Shown here piece by piece: positions 44,460-57,110 of a DNA stretch of 64,000 nt (its first letter is position 1; the number at the start of each line of letters is the position of its first letter). The stretch lies in IMG/VR virus record IMGVR_UViG_3300035701_000002, one strand, 5' to 3'. Below the pieces are notes generated by a model. The model was not told where the DNA came from and ran no database searches. It saw only the letters and a list, made by a program, of their open reading frames with translations. The position numbers were made by a program, and so were the translations under genes. This DNA is from a virus.

Positions 44460-47400
44460 TCAGCCGATCTTCTGGATGATCATGTTCCGGTTCGTCATAG
44501 TCCCCGTACCCGTGGAGACGCGCCACCAGATCTCGATGGTCTGGCCGGCCCCGACGCCCGTTATGAACTCCTGGAGCACGCCAGCCATACCAGCGCCGCC
44601 GGCCGTCACGCGGATGGCGCGCTCGGAGCCGGCCATCTGGGCGCCATTCACATAGACCGAGAACGTCGCGGAGAGGGAGGCGGAAGATCCTGACCAACTA
44701 ATGTTGGCCGAGACTAGGTAGTTTCCGGCGCCGGGAGTCGTCGTCAGGCTGTCCGCGAGGACGTCCGTCGTGGACGTGGTCGTGACGGTACTGGTTCCCG
44801 AGATCTCCGTGATGGCCAGGCCAGGCCCGGTGGCCCCCGTCGGTCCCTGCGGGCCAGTATAGCCTGTCGCGCCCTGGGGTCCCGTGGGCCCGGTGACTCC
44901 GGCAGGGCCGGCCGGACCAACGCCGCCGACCGTGCTGATAGAAAACTGGGCACTGCGAACCTTCACGTCACCGGTGGTGAAGGTGGCACCCCGCATGCGG
45001 ACGTCCAGGACATCCCCGGGCACGAGGCTCTTGATGCTGTTGAAGCCAACGTTGGACGTGCCTGAAGCCCCGGTACCGCCTCTTATCGGGACGGACGAAG
45101 ATGCGTCGTCCTGTCGAATACCGTTGAGGAACAAGGCGGAGACTGCCACATAGTTGCCTGTGGCCTGACCGAAAATCGCAGCGTCGAACTGAACATCGTA
45201 TACGCCGGGCTGTTGGATCGTGTAGCCGGTAGCCCCGGCAACGACGTTCGCGGTAGCTCCCGTGGCCGCCCATCCGGTGAACTTCGCGAACGTTCCGGTA
45301 GGCATCGTAGGCCAGCCGGTTAGAGTGGGAACGCTCACCACGCCCCAAGCCCCGGTCGGAGCTCCGGGGCCGGTCGGGCCAGTTGCTCCGGTCGCGCCCT
45401 GCGGGCCGGTGGCGCCCTGAGGTCCAGTCGGGCCCTGCGGTCCCGTAGCTCCAGTCGGGCCCCCGGGACCGGTCGGGCCGGGTGAGCCCTGCGGGCCGGT
45501 GAATCCCTGCGGGCCCGTGCCGCCACGAGGGCCCGTAGGGCCTGTCGCTCCAGTCGGGGCCCCGGGACCAGTCGGGCCGGGCGATCCTTGCGGGCCCGTG
45601 GCGCCCTGAGGTCCGGTAGGACCCTGCGGACCCGCAGGTCCTGTGGAGCCCTGCGGACCCGCAGGTCCGGTAGAACCCTGCGGACCAGTCGGACCGGTGG
45701 CTCCGGTGATGCCGGGCGATCCCTGAGGGCCGGTCGCTCCGATGGAGCCCGTAAGGCCTTGAGGGCCCGTCGGTCCGGTGGCGCCGACAGGGCCGGTAGC
45801 CCCTTGAGGCCCGGTCGAACCCTGCAGTCCTGTAACGCCGGGAGATCCCTGAAGGCCTGCAGTACCGGGTGATCCTTGAGGACCAGTAGAGCCGGTGACG
45901 CCAGGTGAACCCTGAGGTCCCGTAGCTCCCTGAGGGCCTGCGGACCCGGTGGACCCTGCGCCCGTAGCACCCTGGGGGCCGGTCGCACCCGTGACCCCGT
46001 CAGATCCGGTGGCGCCCTGAGAGCCGGTCGCACCCTGCGGTCCGGTGGCTCCCTGAGGTCCCGTTACTCCGGGTGACCCTTGAGGACCTGAAGGTCCGGT
46101 AAAGCCTGTGGCGCCGGGTGAACCCTGAGGGCCGGTCGGGCCGGGAGATCCTTGGGCGCCTTGCTGGCCCGTGGCGCCCTGCTGGCCCGTGGCGCCCTGC
46201 GGGCCCGTAGATCCGGTAAATCCAGGGAAGCCCTGGGGGCCGGTTGCACCCTGAGGACCGGTGGAACCTGTGATGCCCGGAGATCCTTGCGGTCCAATAG
46301 ACCCAGGAGATCCTTGAGGCCCGGTTGAGCCCGTGGCCCCCTGCGGTCCGGTGAGTCCCGGAGATCCTTGAGGCCCTGTGGGTCCCGGAGATCCTTGAGG
46401 CCCGGTACTACCACGGGGCCCGGTCGGTCCTGTAACTCCAGTGACACCAGGAGATCCCTGCGGGCCGGTCGATCCGGTCGCTCCAACAGACCCGGCGGGA
46501 CCGGTCGATCCCTGAGGGCCTGTAGACCCGGCGGGACCGGTCGATCCCTGAGGGCCTGTAACGCCAGGCGATCCTTGAAGGCCTGGAGAACCTTGTGCTC
46601 CCGTGGAGCCCGTGACTCCAGGCGATCCCTGCGGGCCGATCGAACCCGTGACTCCAGGCGAGCCTTGTGGCCCCGTGACTCCAGGCGAGCCTTGTGGCCC
46701 CGTGGCACTCTGCGGACCAGTCGCACCCTGCGGCCCGGTCGCCCCCGTGACGCCGGGCGACCCCTGCGGGCCTGTCGCACCCTGAGGGCCTGTCGCCCCG
46801 CGCGGGCCCGTAGGCCCGGTAACACCCTGTGGCCCAGTAGACCCCGTTGCGCCGCGCGGCCCGGTGGCGCCGAATCCGGGGACGGGAGGGGTCGTGACGT
46901 TAGTCAGGAGCCGAACACGGTCGAGGTAGAACCCGGACAGTCCGCCAGACTTGATGACGTAGAACCTGAGGCGAGTAATGCTAGACTGGTTCGTCAGGTT
47001 GAACGCGGTGAGCGGGAAAGACAGGACCTGGTACGAGGTCGTGTTGTTCTTGTCGAACCCGCCCGACCCGTCCGCTATGTACTTCCACTGGCCGTTGAGC
47101 ACATTGTCCGGCGACTCGAAGCAGAAGTAGAGGTACGATCCCGACCAGTCCGCAGACTTGCACTTGATCGCGAACTCGAGCTTCGTGTACGTGGAGCCGT
47201 TGAAGGTCCCGGACGGGTCGAAAAAGATCTGGTCGCCCGTGACGGGGCTCGTCGCGCTAACGTCTTTCGTGCCGGTGAACGGGCTGGTCGTGTCGGCCAG
47301 AGCTACCCGCGCAGCCGCGTTCGTCGTAGCGTTCCACTCCCCGCCCGCGATGCCGACGTTCTCGTCATAGACGAGAGTCCCCGAGACGCCGGACGGGGTC

Positions 47401-48140
47401 GTCGCGCCCGCCCCGACGGTGACGAAGCTGACCTCGACCTGGTCGATTCCGATCTCGGGCTTGACCGGAGAGGCAGACGGCGTACCTGTGACCACGCTCA
47501 CAGTCCCGTTGGTGTCCGCAACGATTACGTCTATCCTGTCGAACGTCGGGTCCGCGACAGATAGGGTGACCTGGGTCGGCTGGGAGGTGTAGTAGGTGCC
47601 GCCTATGACGTACTTGAGAAGAGTGACGTTGTACGTGAGGCCGGTGTCCCACGAGGCTCCGCCGTCGTAGAGGCCGTCCTGGAGCGGAGGGCCGACGATC
47701 GTGATGTCGGCCTGAGTCGGGTTGGCGGGGTTGGCGGTTGCACGGACGATAGGACCGACGAAGTTGAGGGCGGACTTTCCGGGCCCGGTTATCCCGGTCC
47801 CCTCGTCCTTGACCGTGATACCGCTGTTGGTCGGCCCGGTGGCGCCAGTCGGGCCCACCGTAGTGAGAACCCCGGTGTCCGTCATGTAGACGTTCCACGG
47901 GGTTCCGCTCGGGGACAGGATGGTGAGTGGAGGGGCAGAGCCGGTCGGGTAGGATCCGACGTACGGGACGAACCCCTTCTGGGCCATCGCGATGTCGAGA
48001 TCCGGCTTCAGGGCGTCGTTCGACAGCGTGATGTCGACGTAGACGACCGTAGCCGAAGCGCCGATGACCAACGACGGGTCGATGACACCCTTGAGGAATG
48101 CCAGGTCTATCGAGTTGGACTGATAGCGGAAGGTGCTCAT
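44460..48140 (-). CDS. collagen-like fibre protein (1226 aa): ~420-aa N-terminal domain, ~600 aa of G-X-Y repeats, two BclA/C1q-like C-terminal domains
   Basis: Uninterrupted [12 protein letters not shown] triplets. The C-terminal beta-rich segments resemble the Bacillus BclA C-terminal TNF/C1q-like domain. ATGA overlap with the 2989-aa gene. Confidence 0.85.
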   Translation of the reverse strand: MSTFRYQSNSIDLAFLKGVIDPSLVIGASATVVYVDITLSNDALKPDLDIAMAQKGFVPYVGSYPTGSAPPLTILSPSGTPWNVYMTDTGVLTTVGPTGATGPTNSGITVKDEGTGITGPGKSALNFVGPIVRATANPANPTQADITIVGPPLQDGLYDGGASWDTGLTYNVTLLKYVIGGTYYTSQPTQVTLSVADPTFDRIDVIVADTNGTVSVVTGTPSASPVKPEIGIDQVEVSFVTVGAGATTPSGVSGTLVYDENVGIAGGEWNATTNAAARVALADTTSPFTGTKDVSATSPVTGDQIFFDPSGTFNGSTYTKLEFAIKCKSADWSGSYLYFCFESPDNVLNGQWKYIADGSGGFDKNNTTSYQVLSFPLTAFNLTNQSSITRLRFYVIKSGGLSGFYLDRVRLLTNVTTPPVPGFGATGPRGATGSTGPQGVTGPTGPRGATGPQGATGPQGSPGVTGATGPQGATGPQSATGPQGSPGVTGPQGSPGVTGSIGPQGSPGVTGSTGAQGSPGLQGSPGVTGPQGSTGPAGSTGPQGSTGPAGSVGATGSTGPQGSPGVTGVTGPTGPRGSTGPQGSPGPTGPQGSPGLTGPQGATGSTGPQGSPGSIGPQGSPGITGSTGPQGATGPQGFPGFTGSTGPQGATGQQGATGQQGAQGSPGPTGPQGSPGATGFTGPSGPQGSPGVTGPQGATGPQGATGSQGATGSDGVTGATGPQGATGAGSTGSAGPQGATGPQGSPGVTGSTGPQGSPGTAGLQGSPGVTGLQGSTGPQGATGPVGATGPTGPQGLTGSIGATGPQGSPGITGATGPTGPQGSTGPAGPQGSTGPAGPQGPTGPQGATGPQGSPGPTGPGAPTGATGPTGPRGGTGPQGFTGPQGSPGPTGPGGPTGATGPQGPTGPQGATGPQGATGATGPTGPGAPTGAWGVVSVPTLTGWPTMPTGTFAKFTGWAATGATANVVAGATGYTIQQPGVYDVQFDAAIFGQATGNYVAVSALFLNGIRQDDASSSVPIRGGTGASGTSNVGFNSIKSLVPGDVLDVRMRGATFTTGDVKVRSAQFSISTVGGVGPAGPAGVTGPTGPQGATGYTGPQGPTGATGPGLAITEISGTSTVTTTSTTDVLADSLTTTPGAGNYLVSANISWSGSSASLSATFSVYVNGAQMAGSERAIRVTAGGAGMAGVLQEFITGVGAGQTIEIWWRVSTGTGTMTNRNMIIQKIG
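45080..46865. repeat. collagen G-X-Y triplet-coding repeat region of the 1226-aa gene (approximate bounds)
   Basis: Periodic GGN-CCN/ACN-... 9-nt periodicity over about 1.8 kb. Confidence 0.7.
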
Positions 48141-51100
48141 ACGAACTCGACCGTCACTGTGATCTGGCTGACAGCGCCGACGTTGGCAGATTTCGTGAGC
48201 TTAATAACGATCTGGTCCCCCGCGCTGACGGAAACCGAGTCCGTCGTGTTCTGTGCAGTGGTTGCGGTCGGGAGGATCCCGACGGTGAGGGCCGAGTCAA
48301 CACCGGCCACGACGACCGTGTATGTGATCGTAGCGGTTCCCGTACCCGGGTTGTTCTGCATCACATAGAGGTTTCGAAGCGTCCCCGCTCGAGTCACTCT
48401 GATCGCATACTGATTGGACGTGGATGCGAGAGAACCCTCGTATCCGGGGTACATATACCTGGTCGTGGTCGTGGTGCCGGAGTTGTCAGCGCCCCAGACG
48501 AGAGGGTATCCGTTCGAAGGGCCGACAGGGCCGGTCGGGCCAGTGACTCCCTGAACTCCGGTGACACCCTGAGGACCGGTAGCTCCGGTGACTCCTTGAG
48601 GACCGGTGACGCCAGTAATGCCCGGAGATCCTTGAGGACCGGTGACTCCGACAGGGCCGGTCGCACCAGTGACTCCAGGAGAGCCCTGAGGTCCAGTCGC
48701 GCCCGTGACACCATCAGATCCGGTGGCACCCTGTGGTCCGATCGGACCAGTAGCACCAGGAGAACCCTGCGGCCCCGTAGCTCCGATCGGACCTGTCGCT
48801 CCTGTGACTCCGGGCGAACCCTGAGGTCCGGTCGGGCCAGTGACTCCATTCGCGCCGGTTGCACCCTGCGCGCCGGTTGCACCCTGCGGACCGTCCGGGC
48901 CAGTAGCGCCCTGCGGTCCGGTCGCGCCCTGCGGTCCAGTAACACCTGTGGAGCCGGGCGAGCCCTGAGGACCGGTGGCGCCAGGAGAGCCCTGAGGACC
49001 AGTGGCGCCAGGAGAGCCCTGAGGACCAGTGGCGCCCTGCGGGCCAGTGGCGCCTGTCGATCCAACAGGACCCGTGTGCCCGGTGGAGCCTTGCGATCCG
49101 GTCGGTCCTTCCGGGCCTGTCGATCCGGTTATTCCCTGAACTCCGGTGGCGCCAGCAGGGCCGGTAGATCCTGTCACCCCCGCAGGACCTGTCGCTCCCG
49201 TAACTCCATCGACTCCGGTCGCGCCCTGAGGACCAGTGGCTCCCTGCGGACCTGTGGCTCCCTGAGGCCCAGTGGCGCCGTCGGCTCCGGTGGCTCCCTG
49301 TGGACCGGTCGGGCCTGTGACGCCCGGTGAACCAGTAGCACCCGTAACACCAGGAGAACCGGTAGCTCCCTGGGGTCCGGTTACACCCGTCGCGCCCTGC
49401 GGTCCGGTAGGACCTTGAGCGCCAGTGGAACCTTGAGGACCGGTAGATCCGGTGATTCCAGGTGAACCCTGCGGCCCGGTGATTCCAGGTGAACCTTGTG
49501 GTCCGGTAGCCCCCTGCGGGCCTGTGACGCCCGGTGACCCCTGCGGGCCTGTGGCTCCCTGCGGTCCTGTAGGACCGGTTGCGCCCGTCGCGCCCGGCGG
49601 CCCTCCGAACGGGCCTGTGGCTCCCTGCGGACCGGTAGCGCCTGTGACGCCGAAGCCGCCGATCGTGTGAAGGTTGAAGCACCCGACCTGGACGTTGAAG
49701 GTGGACGAGTTAAAGTTTGAACTGACCCTGACGTCGAGGACGTCATTGGCGTTGAGCTGAACGAGGTCTCGCACGGCCACGCTTGCCGTGCCGTTCGACG
49801 TGAAGTCGGCGATGGCCACGCCGTCGTCGTGGAGAACACCGTTGATGAAAAACGCGATCGTGTACGTCTTGTTGTTGTCGCCCTGGAAGGAGAGCGTGAA
49901 GCCGACGATGTAGATGCCGCCGGAGCTGATGGTAATGTCGTTCGTGGAGAGACTCGGGGTCGTCCCGAAGTACTCACCGACGGACGTCCACTGGGTGACC
50001 TTGTAGTACGTCCCGGCGGTCGTGAGGGTGCCGGTTCCAGGAGTTTCGCAGTCGAGCTCGCCGTATACGGCGGGGGACCCGACGGGGCCCGTGACGCCCT
50101 GCACTCCGGTTGCGCCCTGAGGGCCGGTAGGTCCGGTCGCGCCGGGTGATCCTTGCGGGCCTGTCGCGCCCTGAGGGCCCGTCGGTCCGGTGACGCCCGG
50201 AGATCCCTGAGGACCGGTCGCACCCGTCGCACCCGTCGCACCCGTGACTCCAGGGGATCCCTGGGGACCTGTAGCGCCTGTGACTCCGTCCGCCCCAGTA
50301 GCACCTTGCGGACCGGTAGCTCCAGTAGCTCCCGGAGAGCCTTGAGGACCCGTCGGACCAGTAGAACCGGGCGATCCCTGAGGCCCTGTGGCTCCAGTGA
50401 CACCGTCGGATCCAGTCGCACCCTGCGGTCCGGTGGAACCCTGGGGGCCCGTGGCTCCCGTGGCTCCGGGAGATCCCTGCGGGCCGGTGGCACCCTGAGA
50501 TCCAGTGGCACCCTGCGGACCTGTCGCGCCCGTGACTCCGTCCGCTCCGGTGGCACCCTGCGGTCCCGTGGGGCCAGTCGCGCCGGTTGCTCCGGGCGAT
50601 CCCTGCGGGCCGGTAACACCGGTGACACCAGGGGACCCTTGGGGGCCAGTCGAGCCGGTGACTCCATCCGCGCCCGTCGCACCCTGCGGGCCAGTGGCAC
50701 CGGTTTCGCCTCTGGGTCCGGTCGCACCCGTGGCGCCCGGGGAACCCTGCGGCCCGGTCGGGCCTGTGGCACCATCGGATCCGGTCGCGCCCTGGGGCCC
50801 AGTTGCACCCGTGACTCCGGGAGACCCCTGGGGGCCAGTCGAGCCGGTGGCGCCGTCGGCGCCGGTGGCACCTTGAAGGCCGGTAGGTCCGGTGGCGCCC
50901 TGAGGGCCGGTCGCCCCGGTGACTCCGGGCGACCCCTGCGGTCCAGTGGAGCCCTGCGGTCCAGTCGAACCCGTAGCTCCGTAGGGGCCGGTTGCACCCT
51001 GAGGACCGGTCGGGCCGGTGGCACCAATCGGGCCGGTCGCCCCGGTAACCCCGTCCGCACCGGTGGCGCCCTGTGGACCGGTGGCGCCAGGTGAACCCTG

Positions 51101-54100
51101 CGGGCCCGTAGCGCCGGTGGCACCCTGGGGCCCGGTCGGACCTATGGCGCCAGTGACACCATCCGCGCCGGTCGCACCTTGGGGTCCAGTCGGGCCCGTG
51201 ACTCCAGGAGATCCCTGCGGGCCCGTAGCCCCGGTGACTCCGGGCGATCCCTGCGGTCCTGTCGCGCCCGTGACACCGTCAGCTCCGGTTGCGCCCTGCG
51301 GTCCCGTAGCCCCGGTGACTCCGGGCGATCCCTGGAGTCCCGTGGCTCCCTGCGGGCCCGTGGGTCCAGTTGCACCGGTCGGGCCCTGAGAACCAGTGGC
51401 ACCCTGCGGGCCCGTAGGTCCGGTGGCGCCCTGAGGTCCGGTCTCACCTTGGGGCCCGGTGGAGCCAGTGACTCCATTCGCACCTGTTGGGCCTTGCGGC
51501 CCTGTGGCGCCAGTAACACCGTCAGATCCGGTCGCTCCCTGGGGTCCGGTGGCACCCGTGACGCCGTCCGCACCCGCGGCACCAGTTGCGCCTTGGGGGC
51601 CGGTCGCGCCCGTGACTCCGGGTGAACCCTGGGGGCCGGTGGCCCCCAGAGGGCCGGTGGCCCCCAGAGGGCCCGTCGGTCCGGCCGCACCCGTGACACC
51701 GTCCTGCCCCGTCGCACCTTGAGGTCCGGTCGGGCCAGTGTCTCCTCGAGGACCCGTGGATCCGGTGACTCCGCCCGCCCCTGTGGCACCCTGAGGCCCT
51801 GTGACACCCGTGACTCCGGGAGATCCCTGAGGCCCAGTCGACCCCTCTGGACCAGTCGCTCCCTGCGGTCCAGTCGGACCCGTGACGCCGTCAGCTCCGG
51901 TGGCTCCAGTGACACCCGGAGACCCCTGAGGTCCGGTAGGACCTGTAACTCCAGGCAATCCCGTTGCGCCCTGCTGTCCCGTGGCACCCTGAGGCCCGGT
52001 GGCACCCATGACCCCGTCAGGTCCGGTGGCACCCTGAGGACCGGTAGGACCGGTAGGACCGGTGGCCCCGGTTACACCATCGACGCCGGTGACGCCACGG
52101 GGTCCAGTTTCACCCTGAGGGCCGGTGGGACCTGTGGCGCCCGTGACGCCGGGCGCTCCCTGCGGGCCCGTCGATCCGGTAACCCCGTCGGCACCGGTGG
52201 CACCCTGAGGACCGGTGGCACCCGTGACACCATCAGATCCAGTCGGACCCTGCGGTCCCGTTGCGCCACGGGGACCCGTTGCGCCTTGGGGACCGGTAGA
52301 ACCCGTGACTCCGGGGGATCCCTGAGGACCGGTGGTCCCCTGAGGACCAGTCGGACCCATAACTCCATCAGCACCAGTTGCACCCTGCGGTCCCGTTGGA
52401 CCGGTGGCGCCTGTTACTCCTTCAGCACCCGTGGCTCCCTGCGGGCCCGTGGCACCGGTTACCCCGTCCGGACCTGTAACTCCAGGAGATCCTTGGGGGC
52501 CGGTCGCTCCCGTGGCGCCGGGCGATCCCTGAGGACCCGTGGCGCCAGTGACGCCGTCGGATCCGGTGGCACCTCGGGGCCCGGTCGGTCCGGTGGCGCC
52601 GGTAATACCGTCCGCTCCAGTTGCACCTTGAGGACCAGTGACACCAGTGACGCCGTCTGCGCCGGTTGCACCCTGCGGGCCGGTGGCACCTTGGGATCCA
52701 GTAGGGCCAGTTGCGCCAGTAACGCCGTCTGCGCCGGTTGCACCCCGTGGGCCCGTCGGACCGGTGGCGCCCGTGACGCCGGGTGAACCCTGCGGCCCGG
52801 TCGATCCGGTGATACCGTCAGCACCAGTTGAACCCTGAGGACCAGTTGAACCCTGAGGTCCGGTCGGCCCCGTGGCACCGGTGACGCCGTCCGCTCCCGT
52901 CGCACCCTGCGGTCCTGTCGCTCCAGTGACTCCGGGCGATCCCTGCGGTCCTGTGGCCCCGTCCGCACCGGTGGCGCCTTGAGGACCGGTGGCACCCGTG
53001 ACGCCGCCGACGCCAGTCGCCCCCTGGGGACCGGTCTGGCCTGTGTCTCCTCGAGGCCCTGTCGCGCCGGTGACACCGTCCGCGCCGGTGGCGCCCTGGG
53101 GGCCGGTGGCGCCGGTCACGCCGTCAGGACCAGTAACTCCAGGCGAACCCTGAGGACCGGTAGCACCCGTGACACCGGGAGAACCTTGAGGGCCCGTAGT
53201 GCCATCCGATCCCGTGACACCCTGGGAGCCAGTAGGCCCGACAGCGCCTGTAGGTCCTTGAGCTCCAGTCGCGCCCTGCGGGCCGGTTGCACCGGTGACT
53301 CCGTCAGGTCCGGTGACCCCGGGGGAACCCTGAGGTCCGGTGGCTCCCGTGGCGCCAGGAGATCCGGTTGCGCCCTGAGGGCCCGTAGCCCCGGTGACTC
53401 CGGGCGATCCCTGCGGTCCTGTCGCTCCGTCAGAACCGGTCGAACCATTCTGTCCGGTCGCTCCCTGCGGACCGGTCGCCCCCTGGGGCCCAGTAGAACC
53501 TGTAGCGCCGTCGATGCCAGTCGCGCCCTGCGGGCCGGTGGAACCCTGGGGGCCGGTAGGTCCGGCCGCACCCGTAACACCGCGAGGGCCTGTCTGACCG
53601 GTTGCTCCGTCCGATCCGGTGGCGCCCTGCGGTCCGGTCGGACCCGGTGAGCCCTGCGGGCCCGTGGCGCCCTGAGGACCTGTAGCTCCGGTTTCACCCC
53701 GAGGGCCCGTCGCGCCGGTGACGCCGTCCGCACCGGTCGCTCCCTGCGAGCCAGTGGCGCCGGGCGATCCCGCAGGACCTGTCGCTCCCGTAACTCCATC
53801 GACTCCGGTCGCGCCCTGAGGACCAGTGGCTCCCGTGGCACCGCCGGGGCCGGTCGATCCCTGCGGACCGGTGGTTCCAGTCGCGCCATCCTGACCGGTG
53901 GCGCCCTGAGGCCCGGTCGCGCCCTGGAGGCCGGTGGCGCCCTGAGGTCCAGTAGGACCCGTCGCTCCAGTGACTCCGTCCGCGCCCGTTGCGCCTTGAG
54001 GACCCGTAGGTCCAGTTGATCCGTCTGCGCCGGTCGCCCCTTGGGGGCCGGTGGGGCCGGCGGTTCCGGCGGTTCCAGTAGACCCGGCAGGTCCGGTGGC

Positions 54101-57100
54101 CCCGATGACTCCAGGGGAGCCCTGAGGCCCGGTCGCGCCCGTGACACCGTCCGCACCGGTCGCTCCCTGCGGACCTGTCGCGCCAGTGACTCCGGGCGAT
54201 CCCTGCGGCCCGGTGGCGCCATGCGGTCCGGTAGGTCCTGTGACTCCGTCCGCGCCAGTGGACCCCTGAGGGCCCGTGACTCCGTCCGCGCCCGTCGACC
54301 CCTGAGGTCCGGTGGGGCCAGTAGCACCGGTGGCTCCATCTATGCCAGTGGCTCCCTGGGGTCCGGTCGCACCCTGCGGACCGGTGGGGCCGGCGCTGCC
54401 GGTGACGCCATCCGCGCCCGTGGCCCCCTGAGGACCTGTCGGACCCATGACTCCGGGCGATCCCTGAGGACCGGTCGCGCCCGTGACGCCATCAGCGCCG
54501 GTGGCACCCCGGGGGCCCGTCGGGCCGGTCATACCGTCCGCTCCGGTCGCTCCCTGCGGACCGGTCGATCCCTGAGGTCCGGTGGGTCCCGTGACGCCAT
54601 CCGATCCAGTTGCACCCTGCGGACCTGTGGCACCCGTTACCCCGGGAGATCCTTGTGGGCCCGTGGGCCCGTTCGCACCCGTGGGGCCCTGAGGACCGGT
54701 CGCTCCGGTGGCGCCGTCAGGACCGGTAGCGCCCGTTACGCCGGGAGATCCCTGAGGGCCCGTCGTTCCGTCCGCCCCGGTCGCTCCCTGAGGTCCGGTG
54801 GCACCCTGCGGGCCAGTGGCTCCCTGCGGGCCAGTCGGGCCCGTGACACCATCGATACCGGTCGCTCCCCGGGGGCCGGTGGAACCCTGCGGTCCGGTGG
54901 AACCGTCCTGACCAGTGGCTCCCTGAGGGCCGGTCGCGCCGGTAAGTCCATCGGATCCGGTGGCGCCCTGCGGTCCAGTCGGGCCCGGGGATCCTTGAGG
55001 GCCAGTTACACCCTGAGGACCCGTAGCTCCGGTAGCTCCGTCTATACCGGTTGCGCCCTGCGGTCCGGTGGAGCCGGGAGAACCCTGCGGCCCAGTCACT
55101 CCAGCAGGACCGATAGGTCCGGTCGATCCGGTCGCGCCCTGCGGGCCGGTGGAACCCTGCGGGCCGGTCGCGCCCGTAACGCCGTCCGGGCCTGTCGGAC
55201 CGGTCGCACCAGTCGGGCCTTGAGGACCAGTCGGGCCCGGGGATCCCTGGGGACCCGTCGACCCCTGAGGTCCGGTGGGGCCGGCAGCGCCGGTGGGGCC
55301 GGCAGCGCCGGTCTGGCCGGTGGAGCCGCCGATTCCGGGAGATCCCTGTACGCCCTGAGTTCCTGGTACGCCGGTGGCGCCGCGAACGCCCTGAGGGCCG
55401 GTAGGCCCGATCGGTCCTGTGGCGCCCTGAGGTCCTGTGGAGCCGGTGACTCCGTCGACACCAGTGGCGCCACGAGTACCGGTCGCGCCCTGAGGTCCCG
55501 TAGCACCCTGAGGCCCGGTGGGACCTGTCGAGCCCTGAGGCCCGGTGGGACCTGTCGAGCCCTGCGGTCCGGTCGCGCCCTGCGGTCCCGTAGCACCCTG
55601 GGAACCTGTAGGTCCGACCGCACCCGTCGGCCCCTGAGGGCCGGTGGAGCCCTGAGGGCCGGTCGGTCCCTGAGAACCCGTCTGCCCCTGGGAGCCGGTC
55701 GGACCCTGGAGACCAGTAGACCCCTGGAGACCAGTCGCCCCCTGCGGGCCGGTGACACCCTGCGGTCCGGTGGCCCCGGTTTCGCCCCGAGGCCCGGTCG
55801 GACCTGTGGCGCCTTGCGGCCCGGTGGAGCCAGGAGAGCCCTGAGGGCCGGTCGGGCCCTGAGGGCCGGTAGGACCCTGAGCGCCGGTGGAGCCAGGAGA
55901 GCCTTGAACACCCTGCTGGCCAGTCTGGCCTTGGGAGCCAGTGGGCCCCTGAGATCCTGTTACGCCCTGGGGGCCGGTAGCTCCCTGAAGCCCGGTGGAA
56001 CCCTGAGGGCCGGTGGACCCCTGCGGCCCGGTCGGTCCGGTGGCGCCGGTGGACCCCTGCGGGCCGGTGGCGCCCTGGGGGCCCGTCGCACCCTGAGGGC
56101 CTGTGGCTCCCGTAAGTCCAGGAGGACCCTGGACACCCGTGGCGCCCTGCGGGCCGGGCGAACCCTGCGGGCCCGTCGCTCCCTGCGGTCCGGTGGCCCC
56201 CGTAAGCCCGGGAGGGCCTATCGGACCCGTAGGTCCAGGAGATCCGACCGGACCGATGGGACCTTGGATGCCCGTAGCACCCCTGAGCCCAGGGGATCCC
56301 TGGGGACCCTGAGGGCCTCCTGGGCCTGTCGGGCCGGTGACGCCCTGCGGGCCTGTCGGGCCGGTAGAGCCCTGAAGGCCGGTGGCACCCTGAGGGCCGG
56401 TTTGACCCTGCGGCCCGGTCTGACCCTGGGGACCGGTAGGTCCCTGGACACCGGTGGCGCCCTGCGGGCCGGTCTGTCCCTGAGGGCCTGTCTGTCCTTG
56501 GGGTCCAGTAGGGCCGACAGAGCCGGTGGGGCCCTGGACTCCGGTAGAGCCCTGAGGGCCGGTAGAGCCCTGAGGACCGGTCGGACCGGTGACTCCGGGA
56601 GATCCCTGAGGACCGTCGAGGCCGGTCGATCCCTGCGGGCCAGTCGATCCCTGCGGTCCAGTCGATCCCTGCGGGCCAGTAGGGCCGTCGAGCCCGGTCG
56701 ATCCCTGAATCCCGGTGGAACCCTGAGGGCCGGTAGTTCCGATCGATCCGGTCTGTCCTTGAGGCCCGGTCGGGCCGTCGATCCCAGTGGCTCCCTGCAG
56801 GCCTGTGGCTCCCTGCGGACCTGTAGATCCCTGGGGGCCGGTCGGGCCGGGCGAACCGGCGGGACCTGGAGAGCCGGTGGAGCCTGAGCCGGTCGCCCCC
56901 TGCGGGCCGGTGACACCCTGCGGACCCGTGGTGCCCTGCGGCCCCGTGGGCCCAGGGGGGCCCGCGGGGCCTGTGGGGCACGGCGATCCCTGCGGGCCCG
57001 CAGGGCCCGTCGCTCCGGCAGGACCGGTAGGCCCGGTGGCCCCGGTCGCTCCGGCAGGTCCGGTGTTTCCGACACCGGATATTGAGCGAGGATTTTCGAG

Positions 57101-57106
57101 TCCCAT
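48137..57106 (-). CDS. giant collagen-like fibre protein (2989 aa) with internal and C-terminal BclA/C1q-like globular domains
   Basis: ATG at 57106 verified. The protein is collagenous from residue ~15, with about 2500 residues of G-X-Y enriched in Thr/Gln/Pro/Ser/Ala. An internal globular domain begins [28 protein letters not shown]. The C-terminal globular domain runs [14 protein letters not shown]...VTVEFV. Confidence 0.85.
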   Translation of the reverse strand: MGLENPRSISGVGNTGPAGATGATGPTGPAGATGPAGPQGSPCPTGPAGPPGPTGPQGTTGPQGVTGPQGATGSGSTGSPGPAGSPGPTGPQGSTGPQGATGLQGATGIDGPTGPQGQTGSIGTTGPQGSTGIQGSTGLDGPTGPQGSTGPQGSTGPQGSTGLDGPQGSPGVTGPTGPQGSTGPQGSTGVQGPTGSVGPTGPQGQTGPQGQTGPQGATGVQGPTGPQGQTGPQGQTGPQGATGLQGSTGPTGPQGVTGPTGPGGPQGPQGSPGLRGATGIQGPIGPVGSPGPTGPIGPPGLTGATGPQGATGPQGSPGPQGATGVQGPPGLTGATGPQGATGPQGATGPQGSTGATGPTGPQGSTGPQGSTGLQGATGPQGVTGSQGPTGSQGQTGQQGVQGSPGSTGAQGPTGPQGPTGPQGSPGSTGPQGATGPTGPRGETGATGPQGVTGPQGATGLQGSTGLQGPTGSQGQTGSQGPTGPQGSTGPQGPTGAVGPTGSQGATGPQGATGPQGSTGPTGPQGSTGPTGPQGATGPQGATGTRGATGVDGVTGSTGPQGATGPIGPTGPQGVRGATGVPGTQGVQGSPGIGGSTGQTGAAGPTGAAGPTGPQGSTGPQGSPGPTGPQGPTGATGPTGPDGVTGATGPQGSTGPQGATGSTGPIGPAGVTGPQGSPGSTGPQGATGIDGATGATGPQGVTGPQGSPGPTGPQGATGSDGLTGATGPQGATGQDGSTGPQGSTGPRGATGIDGVTGPTGPQGATGPQGATGPQGATGADGTTGPQGSPGVTGATGPDGATGATGPQGPTGANGPTGPQGSPGVTGATGPQGATGSDGVTGPTGPQGSTGPQGATGADGMTGPTGPRGATGADGVTGATGPQGSPGVMGPTGPQGATGADGVTGSAGPTGPQGATGPQGATGIDGATGATGPTGPQGSTGADGVTGPQGSTGADGVTGPTGPHGATGPQGSPGVTGATGPQGATGADGVTGATGPQGSPGVIGATGPAGSTGTAGTAGPTGPQGATGADGSTGPTGPQGATGADGVTGATGPTGPQGATGLQGATGPQGATGQDGATGTTGPQGSTGPGGATGATGPQGATGVDGVTGATGPAGSPGATGSQGATGADGVTGATGPRGETGATGPQGATGPQGSPGPTGPQGATGSDGATGQTGPRGVTGAAGPTGPQGSTGPQGATGIDGATGSTGPQGATGPQGATGQNGSTGSDGATGPQGSPGVTGATGPQGATGSPGATGATGPQGSPGVTGPDGVTGATGPQGATGAQGPTGAVGPTGSQGVTGSDGTTGPQGSPGVTGATGPQGSPGVTGPDGVTGATGPQGATGADGVTGATGPRGDTGQTGPQGATGVGGVTGATGPQGATGADGATGPQGSPGVTGATGPQGATGADGVTGATGPTGPQGSTGPQGSTGADGITGSTGPQGSPGVTGATGPTGPRGATGADGVTGATGPTGSQGATGPQGATGADGVTGVTGPQGATGADGITGATGPTGPRGATGSDGVTGATGPQGSPGATGATGPQGSPGVTGPDGVTGATGPQGATGAEGVTGATGPTGPQGATGADGVMGPTGPQGTTGPQGSPGVTGSTGPQGATGPRGATGPQGPTGSDGVTGATGPQGATGADGVTGSTGPQGAPGVTGATGPTGPQGETGPRGVTGVDGVTGATGPTGPTGPQGATGPDGVMGATGPQGATGQQGATGLPGVTGPTGPQGSPGVTGATGADGVTGPTGPQGATGPEGSTGPQGSPGVTGVTGPQGATGAGGVTGSTGPRGDTGPTGPQGATGQDGVTGAAGPTGPLGATGPLGATGPQGSPGVTGATGPQGATGAAGADGVTGATGPQGATGSDGVTGATGPQGPTGANGVTGSTGPQGETGPQGATGPTGPQGATGSQGPTGATGPTGPQGATGLQGSPGVTGATGPQGATGADGVTGATGPQGSPGVTGATGPQGSPGVTGPTGPQGATGADGVTGAIGPTGPQGATGATGPQGSPGATGPQGATGADGVTGATGPIGATGPTGPQGATGPYGATGSTGPQGSTGPQGSPGVTGATGPQGATGPTGLQGATGADGATGSTGPQGSPGVTGATGPQGATGSDGATGPTGPQGSPGATGATGPRGETGATGPQGATGADGVTGSTGPQGSPGVTGVTGPQGSPGATGATGPTGPQGATGADGVTGATGPQGATGSQGATGPQGSPGATGATGPQGSTGPQGATGSDGVTGATGPQGSPGSTGPTGPQGSPGATGATGPQGATGADGVTGATGPQGSPGVTGATGATGATGPQGSPGVTGPTGPQGATGPQGSPGATGPTGPQGATGVQGVTGPVGSPAVYGELDCETPGTGTLTTAGTYYKVTQWTSVGEYFGTTPSLSTNDITISSGGIYIVGFTLSFQGDNNKTYTIAFFINGVLHDDGVAIADFTSNGTASVAVRDLVQLNANDVLDVRVSSNFNSSTFNVQVGCFNLHTIGGFGVTGATGPQGATGPFGGPPGATGATGPTGPQGATGPQGSPGVTGPQGATGPQGSPGITGPQGSPGITGSTGPQGSTGAQGPTGPQGATGVTGPQGATGSPGVTGATGSPGVTGPTGPQGATGADGATGPQGATGPQGATGPQGATGVDGVTGATGPAGVTGSTGPAGATGVQGITGSTGPEGPTGSQGSTGHTGPVGSTGATGPQGATGPQGSPGATGPQGSPGATGPQGSPGSTGVTGPQGATGPQGATGPDGPQGATGAQGATGANGVTGPTGPQGSPGVTGATGPIGATGPQGSPGATGPIGPQGATGSDGVTGATGPQGSPGVTGATGPVGVTGPQGSPGITGVTGPQGVTGATGPQGVTGVQGVTGPTGPVGPSNGYPLVWGADNSGTTTTTRYMYPGYEGSLASTSNQYAIRVTRAGTLRNLYVMQNNPGTGTATITYTVVVAGVDSALTVGILPTATTAQNTTDSVSVSAGDQIVIKLTKSANVGAVSQITVTVEFV
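48620..57060. repeat. ~8.4 kb of collagen G-X-Y triplet-coding repeats (approximate bounds; interrupted once by a globular-domain coding segment)
   Basis: Direct inspection shows ggNccNgtN-type periodicity throughout. Long plus-strand and other-frame ORFs here are shadows. Confidence 0.75.
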
Positions 57107-57110
57107 CTAG

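Noticed and set aside
44460-57106. CRISPR array or non-coding satellite suggested by extreme periodic repetition
   Set aside because: The repeats have strict 9-nt/3-codon periodicity and translate into uninterrupted Gly-X-Y collagen triplets within long ORFs with verified starts.
44460-57106. Diversity-generating retroelement targeting the fibre genes
   Set aside because: No reverse transcriptase gene and no template/variable repeat pair with adenine-specific mismatches were seen in the window.
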